This document shows, one piece after another, positions 9,134 through 16,832 of a stretch of DNA of 64,000 nt. Origin of the DNA: Candidatus Omnitrophota bacterium (GTDB lineage Bacteria; Omnitrophota; Gorgyraeia; 2-01-FULL-45-10); contig JBAZNZ010000001.1 of assembly GCA_041648975.1 (NCBI GenBank), positions 40,961 to 104,960 of the forward strand, given 5' to 3'. Numbering within the stretch: position 1 is the stretch's first letter; each line of letters begins with the position of its first letter. The position numbers and the translations under genes were made by a program. The notes under the pieces are model-generated. The model was given only the letters and a program-made list of their open reading frames with translations, ran no database searches and was not told the origin of the DNA.

Positions 9134-9165
9134 TAGCCGAGGGTAACACCTCGGCTATCTTTTTT
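9134..9165 (+). terminator. rho-independent terminator immediately after tRNA-Asp
   Basis: TAGCCGAGG-gtaaca-CCTCGGCTA stem-loop followed by TCTTTTTT. Confidence 0.6.
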
Positions 9166-9258
9166 ACGTCGGAGATCCTATTTGTCGTCGAGAAATCGTC
9201 GAGAGATAGGATTTTTTGTTTTCATGGCATTCTTGGAAATCTTGGTAATTTAGACACA

Positions 9259-9282
9259 TTTTGTCACGCGCTGTCACGCTGC
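9259..9282 (+). repeat. left arm-type repeat (TTTTGTCACGcgcTGTCACGCTGC), likely an integrase arm-binding site
   Basis: Direct TGTCACG repeats, and nearly the same 24-mer recurs at 19364-19387 near attR. Confidence 0.5.
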
Positions 9283-9398
9283 TACCCCACCGTCATTGCG
9301 AGGGCCGACCTGTCCTCCGAAGCTCGAAGAGCGAAGGAGGAAGGCCCGAAGCAATCTAATTCCCCGGGGATTGCCCCTATTTTTATAGAGGTAGCCCC

Positions 9399-9860
9399 AT
9401 GAAAGGCTACCAATTCCTTGAAAATGACTTCTTTGAACTTTGCCAGACCCGGGAGATAGGCCATACGCCTATGCTTCTCTATATCTACCTCAGAGGCCTA
9501 TTCTGCCGTTTCCAAAAGCCGATCTTTACCTGGCAGGACAAACAAACAATAAAACACCTCGGCATATCTCAAAGCACCCTCCTTAGAGCCAGGGAGTACC
9601 TCCAGACGCGGGGAATGATTAAATATGTGAGCGGCAAAGGCAGTCGGCATACCGAATATACCATGCTCGGCACCGTCCTTTTACCTATCATCAAAAAGAC
9701 GACAGGGTATCGTTACGCCAAGCCCATAAGGTATCGTCAAAATGACGACACCAATAATACGAGTAAAGAAAGATTAAAGAATATAGTAGGGAATGAAATA
9801 TTTAAGGGTATAACCGAAGAAGACAGGGCCTTTTTAAGGAACAAGGGGCTCTATGATTAG
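9399..9860 (+). CDS. hypothetical protein, possible winged-helix DNA-binding (phage/plasmid-like)
   Basis: 153-aa ORF, first gene inside the island. The central region TIKHLGISQSTLLRAREYLQTRGMIKY resembles an HTH. No catalytic motif. Confidence 0.4.
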   Translation: MKGYQFLENDFFELCQTREIGHTPMLLYIYLRGLFCRFQKPIFTWQDKQTIKHLGISQSTLLRAREYLQTRGMIKYVSGKGSRHTEYTMLGTVLLPIIKKTTGYRYAKPIRYRQNDDTNNTSKERLKNIVGNEIFKGITEEDRAFLRNKGLYD

Positions 9861-10074
9861 CCCGTGGAGCCTCATAAGGTGTCTAATATATCCCAAAACC
9901 TATATACGGGTGGATGTAATTTATGCCGCGGAAACCACCAAGGCTGTGTTAATCATATTCGACGGCCGAAAAGCATGGATACCTAAGGCCTGGATTGCGC
10001 GGCTTAAACGGACAGGAGGCAGATCTATTAAGATTAAAATATCAGATTATCACTGGGCCAAAAAATTTGCGTAG
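9853..10074 (+). CDS. hypothetical small protein (73 aa)
   Basis: ORF overlapping the previous stop (ATGA-type junction), basic C-terminus, no motif. Confidence 0.3.
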   Translation: MISPWSLIRCLIYPKTYIRVDVIYAAETTKAVLIIFDGRKAWIPKAWIARLKRTGGRSIKIKISDYHWAKKFA

Positions 10075-10165
10075 CATAGCGTTAAGAATCTAAAGCTAGT
10101 TTATCCCTTATCTATGATAGATGGTGTAAATCGTAAATAAGCACTTTATAATCTACGATACTCAT

Positions 10166-10296
10166 AAATTACTAATAAATTACTAATATCTACTAAATTA
10201 GTAATTTACTTGACATTTTTTTATATATTATGTACACTTATAATTGCAATTAGGCACTAAATACTAACCAATTACTAATGAAAGCTAAATTAGTAA
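10166..10296 (+). promoter_or_regulatory. cluster of AAATTACTAAT/ATTAGTAATTT dyad motifs flanking a TTGACA promoter upstream of the island Fic gene
   Basis: Copies at 10166-10176, 10177-10187 and 10197-10207 (inverted), plus 10270-10279 and 10287-10296 (inverted). TTGACA at 10210-10215. Confidence 0.45.
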
Positions 10297-10330
10297 CGGT
10301 ATATCTTTTGTAACTAAATAGGATGAAAAA

Positions 10331-11722
10331 ATGAAAATACCTGAAAATGCGCCAAAATTGGAATCACTAAAGCCGGGATATTTTGAAAAATTGTTTGATG
10401 TTCAAAGCTCAAAAGAAATGTCTTATATTGCTACATTGGCAAATAAGGAATATCTTTATTGGGATAAATTCAAATATCTTAATTTTCCCGAAACCGTCCC
10501 TCCAGATCTTGCCTGGATATCTCTTAAATTGACGCGAAATTCTCAAATTAAGAAAATACCGCTTCGCGATACTAATGGCCGATATTTCGGATGCTGGCTT
10601 CCGGATGAGGTGTTAAAATATTTGCATGAAATTGATCAAAAAGCAAGCGGCCAGATTCTCGTTGACGATCCAATGACTCATGCAGGCGAGAAAGAGCGAT
10701 ATTTAATTAATTCTATAATGGAAGAAGCTATCGCATCCAGCCAACTTGAGGGGGCAGCTATTACAAGAGAAAAAGCAAAAGAGATGCTGCGATTAGGAAA
10801 AAAGCCGGTCGACATTGCCGAACAGATGATATTAAATAATTATATTACAATAAGGGGTATAAAAAAAATTATAGACAAGCCATTATCCCGAGATCTAATT
10901 ATTAAAATACAGGCCTCAATAACCAAGGATACGCTTGAGAACGCTGATGCTGTGGGACGATTTAAGAAAAAAGGTGAAGAATATCAGGTTGTTGACCAGG
11001 GCGATGGAGTAGTTTTGTTTGATCCGCCGCCGGTGGATGAGATCGACGAGCGAATACAGGCTTTATGTGATTATGCGAACGAAACAAAAAACGATACCTT
11101 TATCCATCCCGTAGTCAAAGCAACCATATTGCATTTTTGGCTTGCGTATATACATCCGTTTGTCGACGGCAATGGAAGAACGGCAAGAGCTCTATTTTAT
11201 TGGCACATGTTAAAAAACAATTATTGGCTATTCGAGTATCTGTCTATTTCGCGAATATTGTACCGAACCCCGGAACAATACAAAAGAGCATTCGTCTATT
11301 CAGAAATTGACGAACAAGATATGACATACTTTTTGATGTTTAATGTGCGTGCAATCGATCTATCTATAAAAAGCCTGCATTTATATTTAGCCAAGCAACA
11401 ACAAGAATTTCAGGAAACAGTCGGACTAATACGAAAATATCCCGGCTTAAATCATCGGCAATGCGATCTTTTATATCATGCAGCTTCTCATCCGCGAGCC
11501 CTGTACACTGTCAAGTTTCAACAGAACGTTCATAATGTAGCATACCAGACCGCCAGGACCGATCTTTTAGAACTTGAGAAAAAAGGGTTTTTATCAAAGA
11601 TAAAAGCAAAAGGCAAGGAGTTTGTTTTTGTCCCAGCGAAAGAACTTCACTCAAAAATTAAAAACTTACTAACAAGTAGAAATTCCCATAATGGGAATAG
11701 CCCAGAAAGTGCCCACCCATGA
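10331..11722 (+). CDS. Fic/DOC family protein (463 aa) with C-terminal winged helix
   Basis: Fic active-site motif HPFVDGNGRTARAL (HPFx[DE]GNGR). Confidence 0.8.
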   Translation: MKIPENAPKLESLKPGYFEKLFDVQSSKEMSYIATLANKEYLYWDKFKYLNFPETVPPDLAWISLKLTRNSQIKKIPLRDTNGRYFGCWLPDEVLKYLHEIDQKASGQILVDDPMTHAGEKERYLINSIMEEAIASSQLEGAAITREKAKEMLRLGKKPVDIAEQMILNNYITIRGIKKIIDKPLSRDLIIKIQASITKDTLENADAVGRFKKKGEEYQVVDQGDGVVLFDPPPVDEIDERIQALCDYANETKNDTFIHPVVKATILHFWLAYIHPFVDGNGRTARALFYWHMLKNNYWLFEYLSISRILYRTPEQYKRAFVYSEIDEQDMTYFLMFNVRAIDLSIKSLHLYLAKQQQEFQETVGLIRKYPGLNHRQCDLLYHAASHPRALYTVKFQQNVHNVAYQTARTDLLELEKKGFLSKIKAKGKEFVFVPAKELHSKIKNLLTSRNSHNGNSPESAHP

Positions 11723-11784
11723 CAACTAGGGTGGCGACAAAAGAAATGAGCGGAGGAGTTAGATGAGAGGAAGAGAAGGGTTTT

Positions 11785-12009
11785 ATGATAAAAATTGCTG
11801 ATAGAGATGTAGTGCTAATGTTTGCCGCAATTCCTATCGTAGTTATAGTTATGTCGATAATTACTTTTGGATTTATTAGCCCCTTTCCTAACCCGTCCAA
11901 AATAAGCTCAGCCATTATTTTACTGTTAATAATAGTTTGGATATTTTTGTTATCGTATCTCATTATCCGCTTCATCATTTGGGCGGTAAAGACATTACGA
12001 AAGAGATGA
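11785..12009 (+). CDS. small membrane protein (74 aa, 2 TM)
   Basis: Two hydrophobic helices. Its stop overlaps the ATG of the next small ORF (ATGA at 12006-12009). Confidence 0.35.
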   Translation: MIKIADRDVVLMFAAIPIVVIVMSIITFGFISPFPNPSKISSAIILLLIIVWIFLLSYLIIRFIIWAVKTLRKR

Positions 12010-12122
12010 AAAATAAGAAATTAGAGATAATGCTTATTTATCTTGCCATATTCGGCGTTCTATTGTTATTTGGATTATATGGAAGGTATATATTTGCGTT
12101 TATATTCCAAATCCCCAACTGA
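12006..12122 (+). CDS. small membrane protein (38 aa, 1 TM), translationally coupled to the previous ORF
   Basis: ATG at 12006 is in frame with the annotated ORF 11937..12122. MKNKKLEIMLIYLAIFGVLLLFGLYG is a single TM helix. The longer 61-aa form is also possible. Confidence 0.3.
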   Translation: MKNKKLEIMLIYLAIFGVLLLFGLYGRYIFAFIFQIPN

Positions 12123-12127
12123 GAAAA

Positions 12128-12173
12128 AATAGGGACAGCGCTCATTTTTCGCAAAATAAATAGTCGCTGATCC
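12128..12173 (+). repeat. island 46-bp repeat copy R1 (AATAGGGACAGCGCTCATTTTTCGCAAAATAAATAGTCGCTGATCC)
   Basis: Member of a 7-copy family, 27 bp before the start of the 12201 gene. Confidence 0.85.
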
Positions 12174-12200
12174 TAAATAAGATGAATATGGAGTAAGCGC

Positions 12201-13448
12201 ATGGCAAGGGATGAAGCATTGTTTTGTAGACTGGGTGATATGCATGATTTTTTGGAAAAGCAAAAGCTTGGATACAGAGCTGAGATCGAATGTTTAAATA
12301 GAGATTACATTTTAAAAGTCAGCGAACAAGATTTATGCAAAAGCCTGATAGATAAACATACCCTAGAAACGCCTGCTTTACATGATGACAAATTATATGC
12401 CCTACCCGCAAGAGACGCAAATATAGATGTAAGCGGTAGGTGTGATTATGCAATATCTAGGCGCGAGAGTCCTTATTATGTTAAAGGTACTTCTATAACA
12501 ATAGCCATTCCATTTGAAGGCGATGGACAATTTTTCGAGTTCAGCCCGTCAGTCTATACATCGTATTTTCCTCGAGGGGTCATAACAGACAATGAAATTC
12601 TTCTCACATATAACGGTGTAAACATGGAACCTGCAAAAGTCAAAAGTGAATACGAAAATGACGTGAAAATAATAAAGGAACATTTGAGATCCATCTCTAA
12701 CATGGTAAAGCAACACAATGGATTTATAGAATCAGAAACAAAACGGCTTGTTGCAAATCGAAAAGACAAAATATTAAAAGAGCATAATTTAGTAGCCGCT
12801 CTCGGAATACCGATAAAAAGGCGGGAAGATTCACCAGCCACTTATACTATTCCTACCGTTCGAAGAAAACCCAAAATAGAATTACCTAAGGTTGGGGGTG
12901 GTGTTTTTAAACCAGAACCCACATTAGCCGAAACCGAATATGAACATATCTTAAAAATAATACACGATATGGCATTGGTGCTCGAAAGAAGTCCACGCGT
13001 ATTTATCGATATTAAAGAAGAAAACTTGCGAACACATTTCTTAGTTCAGCTTAATGGTCAGTATGAAGGAAAAGCAACAGGAGAAACATTTAATTTCAAC
13101 GGAAAAACAGACATTTTAATTCGAGATGACGGAGGAAATATATTTATTGCAGAATGTAAATTCTGGACTGGAGACAAAGGATTTACGGAAACAATAGACC
13201 AACTTTTAAAATATGTAACTTGGCGCGATACCAAAACGGCAATCATTCTTTTTAATAGGAACAAAGAGCTCTCATCTGTTTTATCAAAAATACCAGAGAT
13301 TGTAAAATCTCATAAATGCTTCAAGCGCGAACTTGGTAACAAAAATGAAACGTCTTTTAAGTATGTCTTTCAGCAACCTAGCGATTTGAATAGGGAATTA
13401 CTTTTAACAGTAATGGTGTTTGATGTACCAACAGAATTTAAAAGCTAA
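12201..13448 (+). CDS. PD-(D/E)xK nuclease-fold protein (415 aa), possible standalone defence nuclease
   Basis: C-terminal region E-x(n)-D-x(n)-ECK: KTDILIRDDGGNIFIAECKFW, a restriction-endonuclease-like core. N-terminal 250 aa have no recognisable domain. Confidence 0.45.
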   Translation: MARDEALFCRLGDMHDFLEKQKLGYRAEIECLNRDYILKVSEQDLCKSLIDKHTLETPALHDDKLYALPARDANIDVSGRCDYAISRRESPYYVKGTSITIAIPFEGDGQFFEFSPSVYTSYFPRGVITDNEILLTYNGVNMEPAKVKSEYENDVKIIKEHLRSISNMVKQHNGFIESETKRLVANRKDKILKEHNLVAALGIPIKRREDSPATYTIPTVRRKPKIELPKVGGGVFKPEPTLAETEYEHILKIIHDMALVLERSPRVFIDIKEENLRTHFLVQLNGQYEGKATGETFNFNGKTDILIRDDGGNIFIAECKFWTGDKGFTETIDQLLKYVTWRDTKTAIILFNRNKELSSVLSKIPEIVKSHKCFKRELGNKNETSFKYVFQQPSDLNRELLLTVMVFDVPTEFKS

Positions 13449-13483
13449 AATGACCAAGCAAGTGAGTGTGTCTAATAATAAAA

Positions 13484-13529
13484 AATAGAGACAGCACCTA
13501 TTTTTTGCAAAATAAATAGTCACTAACTC
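13484..13529 (+). repeat. island repeat copy R2 (diverged: AATAGAGACAGCACCTATTTTTTGCAAAATAAATAGTCACTAACTC)
   Basis: Same family, 33 bp upstream of the 13563 ORF. Confidence 0.8.
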
Positions 13530-13562
13530 AAATTGGCAGAAAATAATATTAGGAGATAAAAA

Positions 13563-13781
13563 ATGGAAATAAAAGAATCTGCTAAAGAAATAACTAAAAA
13601 AATGGACTTTATTTCAGGGGAAATAGCAACTTTTAAAGAAGCTCTTTGTACAATTATCGATAAAGCAAATAATACAACCGATAAAATGTTTTGGGCTTCA
13701 ATAATATATTTTTTAGGCAGCCTTATTCTTTCGGGGACTATTGCTTTTGCCGCACTAGTCCAAGCGAAGATATTAAGATGA
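13563..13781 (+). CDS. small protein (72 aa) with a C-terminal TM helix
   Basis: Hydrophilic N-terminus, then IIYFLGSLILSGTIAFAALV TM segment. Confidence 0.35.
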   Translation: MEIKESAKEITKKMDFISGEIATFKEALCTIIDKANNTTDKMFWASIIYFLGSLILSGTIAFAALVQAKILR

Positions 13782-13812
13782 TCTATGCAAAAAAGGCGAA
13801 TGGTTAGAAATG

Positions 13813-13855
13813 AGGAACGGTGTCTATCTTTTGCAGAATAAATAGTCGCCGACCC
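13813..13855 (+). repeat. island repeat copy R3 (diverged)
   Basis: AGGAACGGTGTCTATCTTTTGCAGAATAAATAGTCGCCGACCC, 34 bp upstream of the 13890 ORF. Confidence 0.75.
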
Positions 13856-13889
13856 GATTTAGGATTTTACTCAATTCCATCTAATAATT

Positions 13890-14642
13890 ATGGCTATTAA
13901 TTTTAATTCTATAAGAAATTTTATAAGGTATGGAGTAGATGTTAATAAACCTTTTTTAAAACTGTATGATATAGAAAAATTACGGCTTGATATAGAAGGG
14001 CTAAATCATAATATCAAAACGATCGATTATTATATGAGATCAGACCTTGACCCAGAGAATTTTTATTTAGAGCCAAATAAAGAGTTTTATAAAATGACAT
14101 TAAATGCCCAGGCAAATGTTATGCTGAACAGAATTGGATTTTCTCAAATTGATTGCCTAGTATGTTTTAGTAAAATTAAAGGAGCGGGACTTTTTATTGA
14201 AAAGCCAATCCCGTCTTTTAATATAAATGATAAAAGCCTATCATGGTCCAATAAAAATATTTCTCTCGAAATACAAATTTCATCTGCATTTAGAAATAAC
14301 CCTTTAATCATATCTGGAATTTTAGCGCATGAAATAACACATTTTTATTTTAAAAAGAAAAACTTAGGTAAATTATTCGATGCAAAAATTTCAGAAGAAA
14401 ATAATTGTGACCTGTCATCATTTTTGCTTGGATTTGGTAAGTTTGTTCTTAATAGTATTGGAGAGACAGGTAGAAATAGCGCTGATGCGGCAATTAAAAT
14501 AAAACATTATTTACCATGGTATTACCTTTGCTATATTTATGAAACGATAAATAGGATAAAAGCAATCTCAGAGGATATTTCGCAAAAAAATCTTACCAAT
14601 AGAGCGCTGAGTATGCTGTATGAGATTAACAGATGTTTTTAG
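13890..14642 (+). CDS. hypothetical protein with an HExxH zinc-metallopeptidase-like motif (250 aa)
   Basis: ILAHEITHFYF contains HEITH (HExxH). Asn/Lys-rich, no signal peptide. Confidence 0.4.
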   Translation: MAINFNSIRNFIRYGVDVNKPFLKLYDIEKLRLDIEGLNHNIKTIDYYMRSDLDPENFYLEPNKEFYKMTLNAQANVMLNRIGFSQIDCLVCFSKIKGAGLFIEKPIPSFNINDKSLSWSNKNISLEIQISSAFRNNPLIISGILAHEITHFYFKKKNLGKLFDAKISEENNCDLSSFLLGFGKFVLNSIGETGRNSADAAIKIKHYLPWYYLCYIYETINRIKAISEDISQKNLTNRALSMLYEINRCF

Positions 14643-14659
14643 AAAATTAAGAATACCGA

Positions 14660-14691
14660 AAATTTTTCGCAAAATAAATAGTCGCTGACCC
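14660..14691 (+). repeat. island repeat copy R4 (5'-truncated; no ORF follows before R5)
   Basis: AAATTTTTCGCAAAATAAATAGTCGCTGACCC lacks the GGGACAGCGCCC left part. Confidence 0.75.
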
Positions 14692-14744
14692 TAATTATTC
14701 TACATTGCCACCTCATGAAGGTATGAGAATACCTATAAGGAAAA

Positions 14745-14790
14745 AATAGGCGCAGTGCCCATTTTTCGCAAAATAAATAGTCGCTGACCC
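14745..14790 (+). repeat. island repeat copy R5
   Basis: AATAGGCGCAGTGCCCATTTTTCGCAAAATAAATAGTCGCTGACCC, 53 bp upstream of the 14843 ORF. Confidence 0.85.
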
Positions 14791-14842
14791 CCTTAAACAT
14801 TTAAACATTAAAGCATTAAAGAGAAAAGAATTAGGAGGAGAT

Positions 14843-15106
14843 ATGAACAAAACGTTATTATTTATTCTGGCATTGTTTTTAGTTTTATTACCAAATGTCT
14901 GTTTTTCCCAAATAGATAGGGATATTGACAATGATGGCGTTTGGGATGCTGACAAGGGCGGAGTTGATAGAGACTTAGATAATGACGGAGTTTGGGATTC
15001 CAATCAAGGTGGCGTGGACAGAGATATTGACAATGATGGCGTTTGGGATGCTGACAAGGGCGGAGTTGATCGAGACTTAGACAACGATGGCGTGTGGGAT
15101 CAATAA
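14843..15106 (+). CDS. secreted Ca-binding-repeat protein (87 aa; signal peptide plus 4x DxDxDG loops)
   Basis: N-terminal signal peptide MNKTLLFILALFLVLLPNVCFS. Four DRD(I/L)DNDGVWD loops matching the DxDxDG calcium-binding motif. Confidence 0.55.
   Translation: MNKTLLFILALFLVLLPNVCFSQIDRDIDNDGVWDADKGGVDRDLDNDGVWDSNQGGVDRDIDNDGVWDADKGGVDRDLDNDGVWDQ
14921..15103 (+). repeat. near-perfect 102-bp tandem duplication inside the Ca-binding-repeat gene
   Basis: GATATTGACAATGATGGCGTTTGGGATGCTGACAAGGGCGGAGTTGAT recurs at 14921 and 15023 with a 102-bp period. Each unit contains two 51-bp half repeats. Confidence 0.8.
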
Positions 15107-15118
15107 GAAGAGTAGAGA

Positions 15119-15173
15119 AATAGAACAGCGCCCATTTTTCGCAAAATAAATAGTCGCTGATCCTAATTATCTG
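15119..15173 (+). repeat. island repeat copy R6
   Basis: AATAGAACAGCGCCCATTTTTCGCAAAATAAATAGTCGCTGATCC, about 47 bp upstream of the 15218 ORF. Confidence 0.85.
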
Positions 15174-15217
15174 TTAAAAAGAATTGATATGCTTAAGTCA
15201 ATAGCGGGGGTGTGAGA

Positions 15218-15481
15218 ATGGCTATAAAAGATATAAGAGATTTTACACTCGAAGAAATTGTAAATAAAGCCACGAAAGGAATGGTGCCTCAAGATACCGA
15301 TAAATCTGTCTCTATGATAAGCTCCGCAGATGTTCTTAAAATTGTTGCTGATTTCAAAATTGCTCAGAAGCAGGATGAGCTAAATACAAAATTAATTCGG
15401 CTTACTAAATGGCTTGTTATATTAACTATCACACTTGTTATTTTAACGATTATTTTAACTTACAAAACCGTCAATCCATAA
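15218..15481 (+). CDS. small protein (87 aa) with a C-terminal TM anchor
   Basis: ATG 15218 preceded by GGGGGTG. C-terminal LTKWLVILTITLVILTIILTY helix. Confidence 0.4.
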   Translation: MAIKDIRDFTLEEIVNKATKGMVPQDTDKSVSMISSADVLKIVADFKIAQKQDELNTKLIRLTKWLVILTITLVILTIILTYKTVNP

Positions 15482-15499
15482 GCAGGGTAAATAAGAGAA

Positions 15500-16639
15500 A
15501 TGAAACGAACTATCCTAGCAATAGTTTTTCTTTTCACCTTAGCCCTTACCAGTGCTGCTTACGAATCATCTCCTGCCCAAGTTACCGATATATCCGACCG
15601 AGCGTATGAAGGGGCGATTATAAAGCTGCTCGACAGCGCGAAGCAGTCGATAACCATATCGATGTACACCATCACGCTGGCAAGCGAGAAGCGCAATCCG
15701 ATATCGATGCTTCTGAATGACCTGTTGGAGGCGCGGTCGCGCGGCGTAGCGGTAACCCTCTATCTCAATACGCGGTTCAAAGGCGATAAGGATATCCGCG
15801 GTAACCTGGAACGAAATCCCGCACTCAAGAAACTGCAGGACGCCGGATGCGTGATACACTTCATGGCGCCGAACAAACGGCTCCACGATAAGCTTATCAT
15901 AGTTGACGGCCGGTACGTGGTAGAAGGCTCGACCAACTGGTCTCTCTCGGCGCTATTGGATAATTACGAGTCAGCTACATTGATAGATTCGCCGGGACTC
16001 GCGCGCGTAAAACTCATGCGGCTTCAGGCGATGGCGCTCGCCGGAGAAGAAGCTCCGGGAGCGCTCGAGATAAAGCGCTCATTATATTCGGATAAGATGC
16101 CTGCCGAAATAGGACTACCCGAAGTTCTTCTTACCGATAGGCGGTACTTCCCGAAAATGGTAACAGAGAGAGATGAGCGCGCTATGGACGCGTATCTAGT
16201 CTTGTCGGCTATCTCGGCCGCGGGTGGGGACAATGAATTTTTCGTGGATCTTGAGTCGCTGGCTGTCAGCCTGGGGCTCAAGGCAGACGCCACGGACAGC
16301 GATCTCAGGCGCCAGGCGATCCGCTGGCTGAAAGATCTCGATGAGAACTACAAACTCATAGAGGTCCGCTTCTTCCATGGCAAGGATGCTCATGTGAAAC
16401 TTGTCACGCTTGAGGGGCCCCGCTTCCGGATAGGTTCGGCGATAACGCTCCCTGCGACCGACGGCAAGCTTTCGGCGCGAGTCAAGTTCATGAGAATGAT
16501 TAAGGCATATCTCGATGCACGCGGCGAGGATATAAATGCAATCTCCGACTATGAGCTTGCCGGCCGGTTTTACGCCAGCCGGCGGATGTTTTGTGACGCG
16601 CGAAGGGACATGTTAAAAGGGAATATAGGGGAAAGATAA
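15500..16639 (+). CDS. secreted phospholipase D/nuclease-family (single HKD) protein, 379 aa
   Basis: Signal peptide MKRTILAIVFLFTLALTSAA. HKD motif HDKLIIVDGRYVVEGSTNWS (HxK-x4-D-x6-GSxN), then a C-terminal domain of unknown function. Confidence 0.65.
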   Translation: MKRTILAIVFLFTLALTSAAYESSPAQVTDISDRAYEGAIIKLLDSAKQSITISMYTITLASEKRNPISMLLNDLLEARSRGVAVTLYLNTRFKGDKDIRGNLERNPALKKLQDAGCVIHFMAPNKRLHDKLIIVDGRYVVEGSTNWSLSALLDNYESATLIDSPGLARVKLMRLQAMALAGEEAPGALEIKRSLYSDKMPAEIGLPEVLLTDRRYFPKMVTERDERAMDAYLVLSAISAAGGDNEFFVDLESLAVSLGLKADATDSDLRRQAIRWLKDLDENYKLIEVRFFHGKDAHVKLVTLEGPRFRIGSAITLPATDGKLSARVKFMRMIKAYLDARGEDINAISDYELAGRFYASRRMFCDARRDMLKGNIGER

Positions 16640-16655
16640 ATGAGGGGAGAGTAAT

Positions 16656-16814
16656 ATGGCTGACGGAGGATTCATAATAAAGTTTAACGGAAAAGAGATT
16701 AAGCGATGTTATGCGGTGGCGTTCGATTACGATGAATGGAAATATACGGTTAATGAGAAGGAAGAAAAAGCATTGCCACAAGATGTTAAATCCATTACTA
16801 TTGAGGTAGAATAG
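16656..16814 (+). CDS. possible small ORF (52 aa), unannotated in the 60-aa track
   Basis: ATG 16656 after GAGGGGAGAG. MADGGFIIKFNGKEIKRCYAVAFDYDEWKYTVNEKEEKALPQDVKSITIEVE, stop TAG 16812-16814. Confidence 0.25.
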   Translation: MADGGFIIKFNGKEIKRCYAVAFDYDEWKYTVNEKEEKALPQDVKSITIEVE

Positions 16815-16832
16815 TAATAAAATGAGATCGAA

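Noticed and set aside
12075-15003. Minus-strand ORFs (12075-12263, 14713-15003, also 59217-59477) that translate to ...ATIYFAKNG(R/H)C(P/A)YFF
   Set aside because: They are the reverse-complement reading of the 46-bp repeat family. The peptide similarity is a by-product of DNA repeat conservation, and they overlap better-supported + strand genes.
12128-15173. Possibility that the repeated 46-bp units form a CRISPR array
   Set aside because: Spacing between copies is 90-1400 bp and contains protein-coding genes. The repeats are neither palindromic nor regularly spaced, and no cas genes are present.
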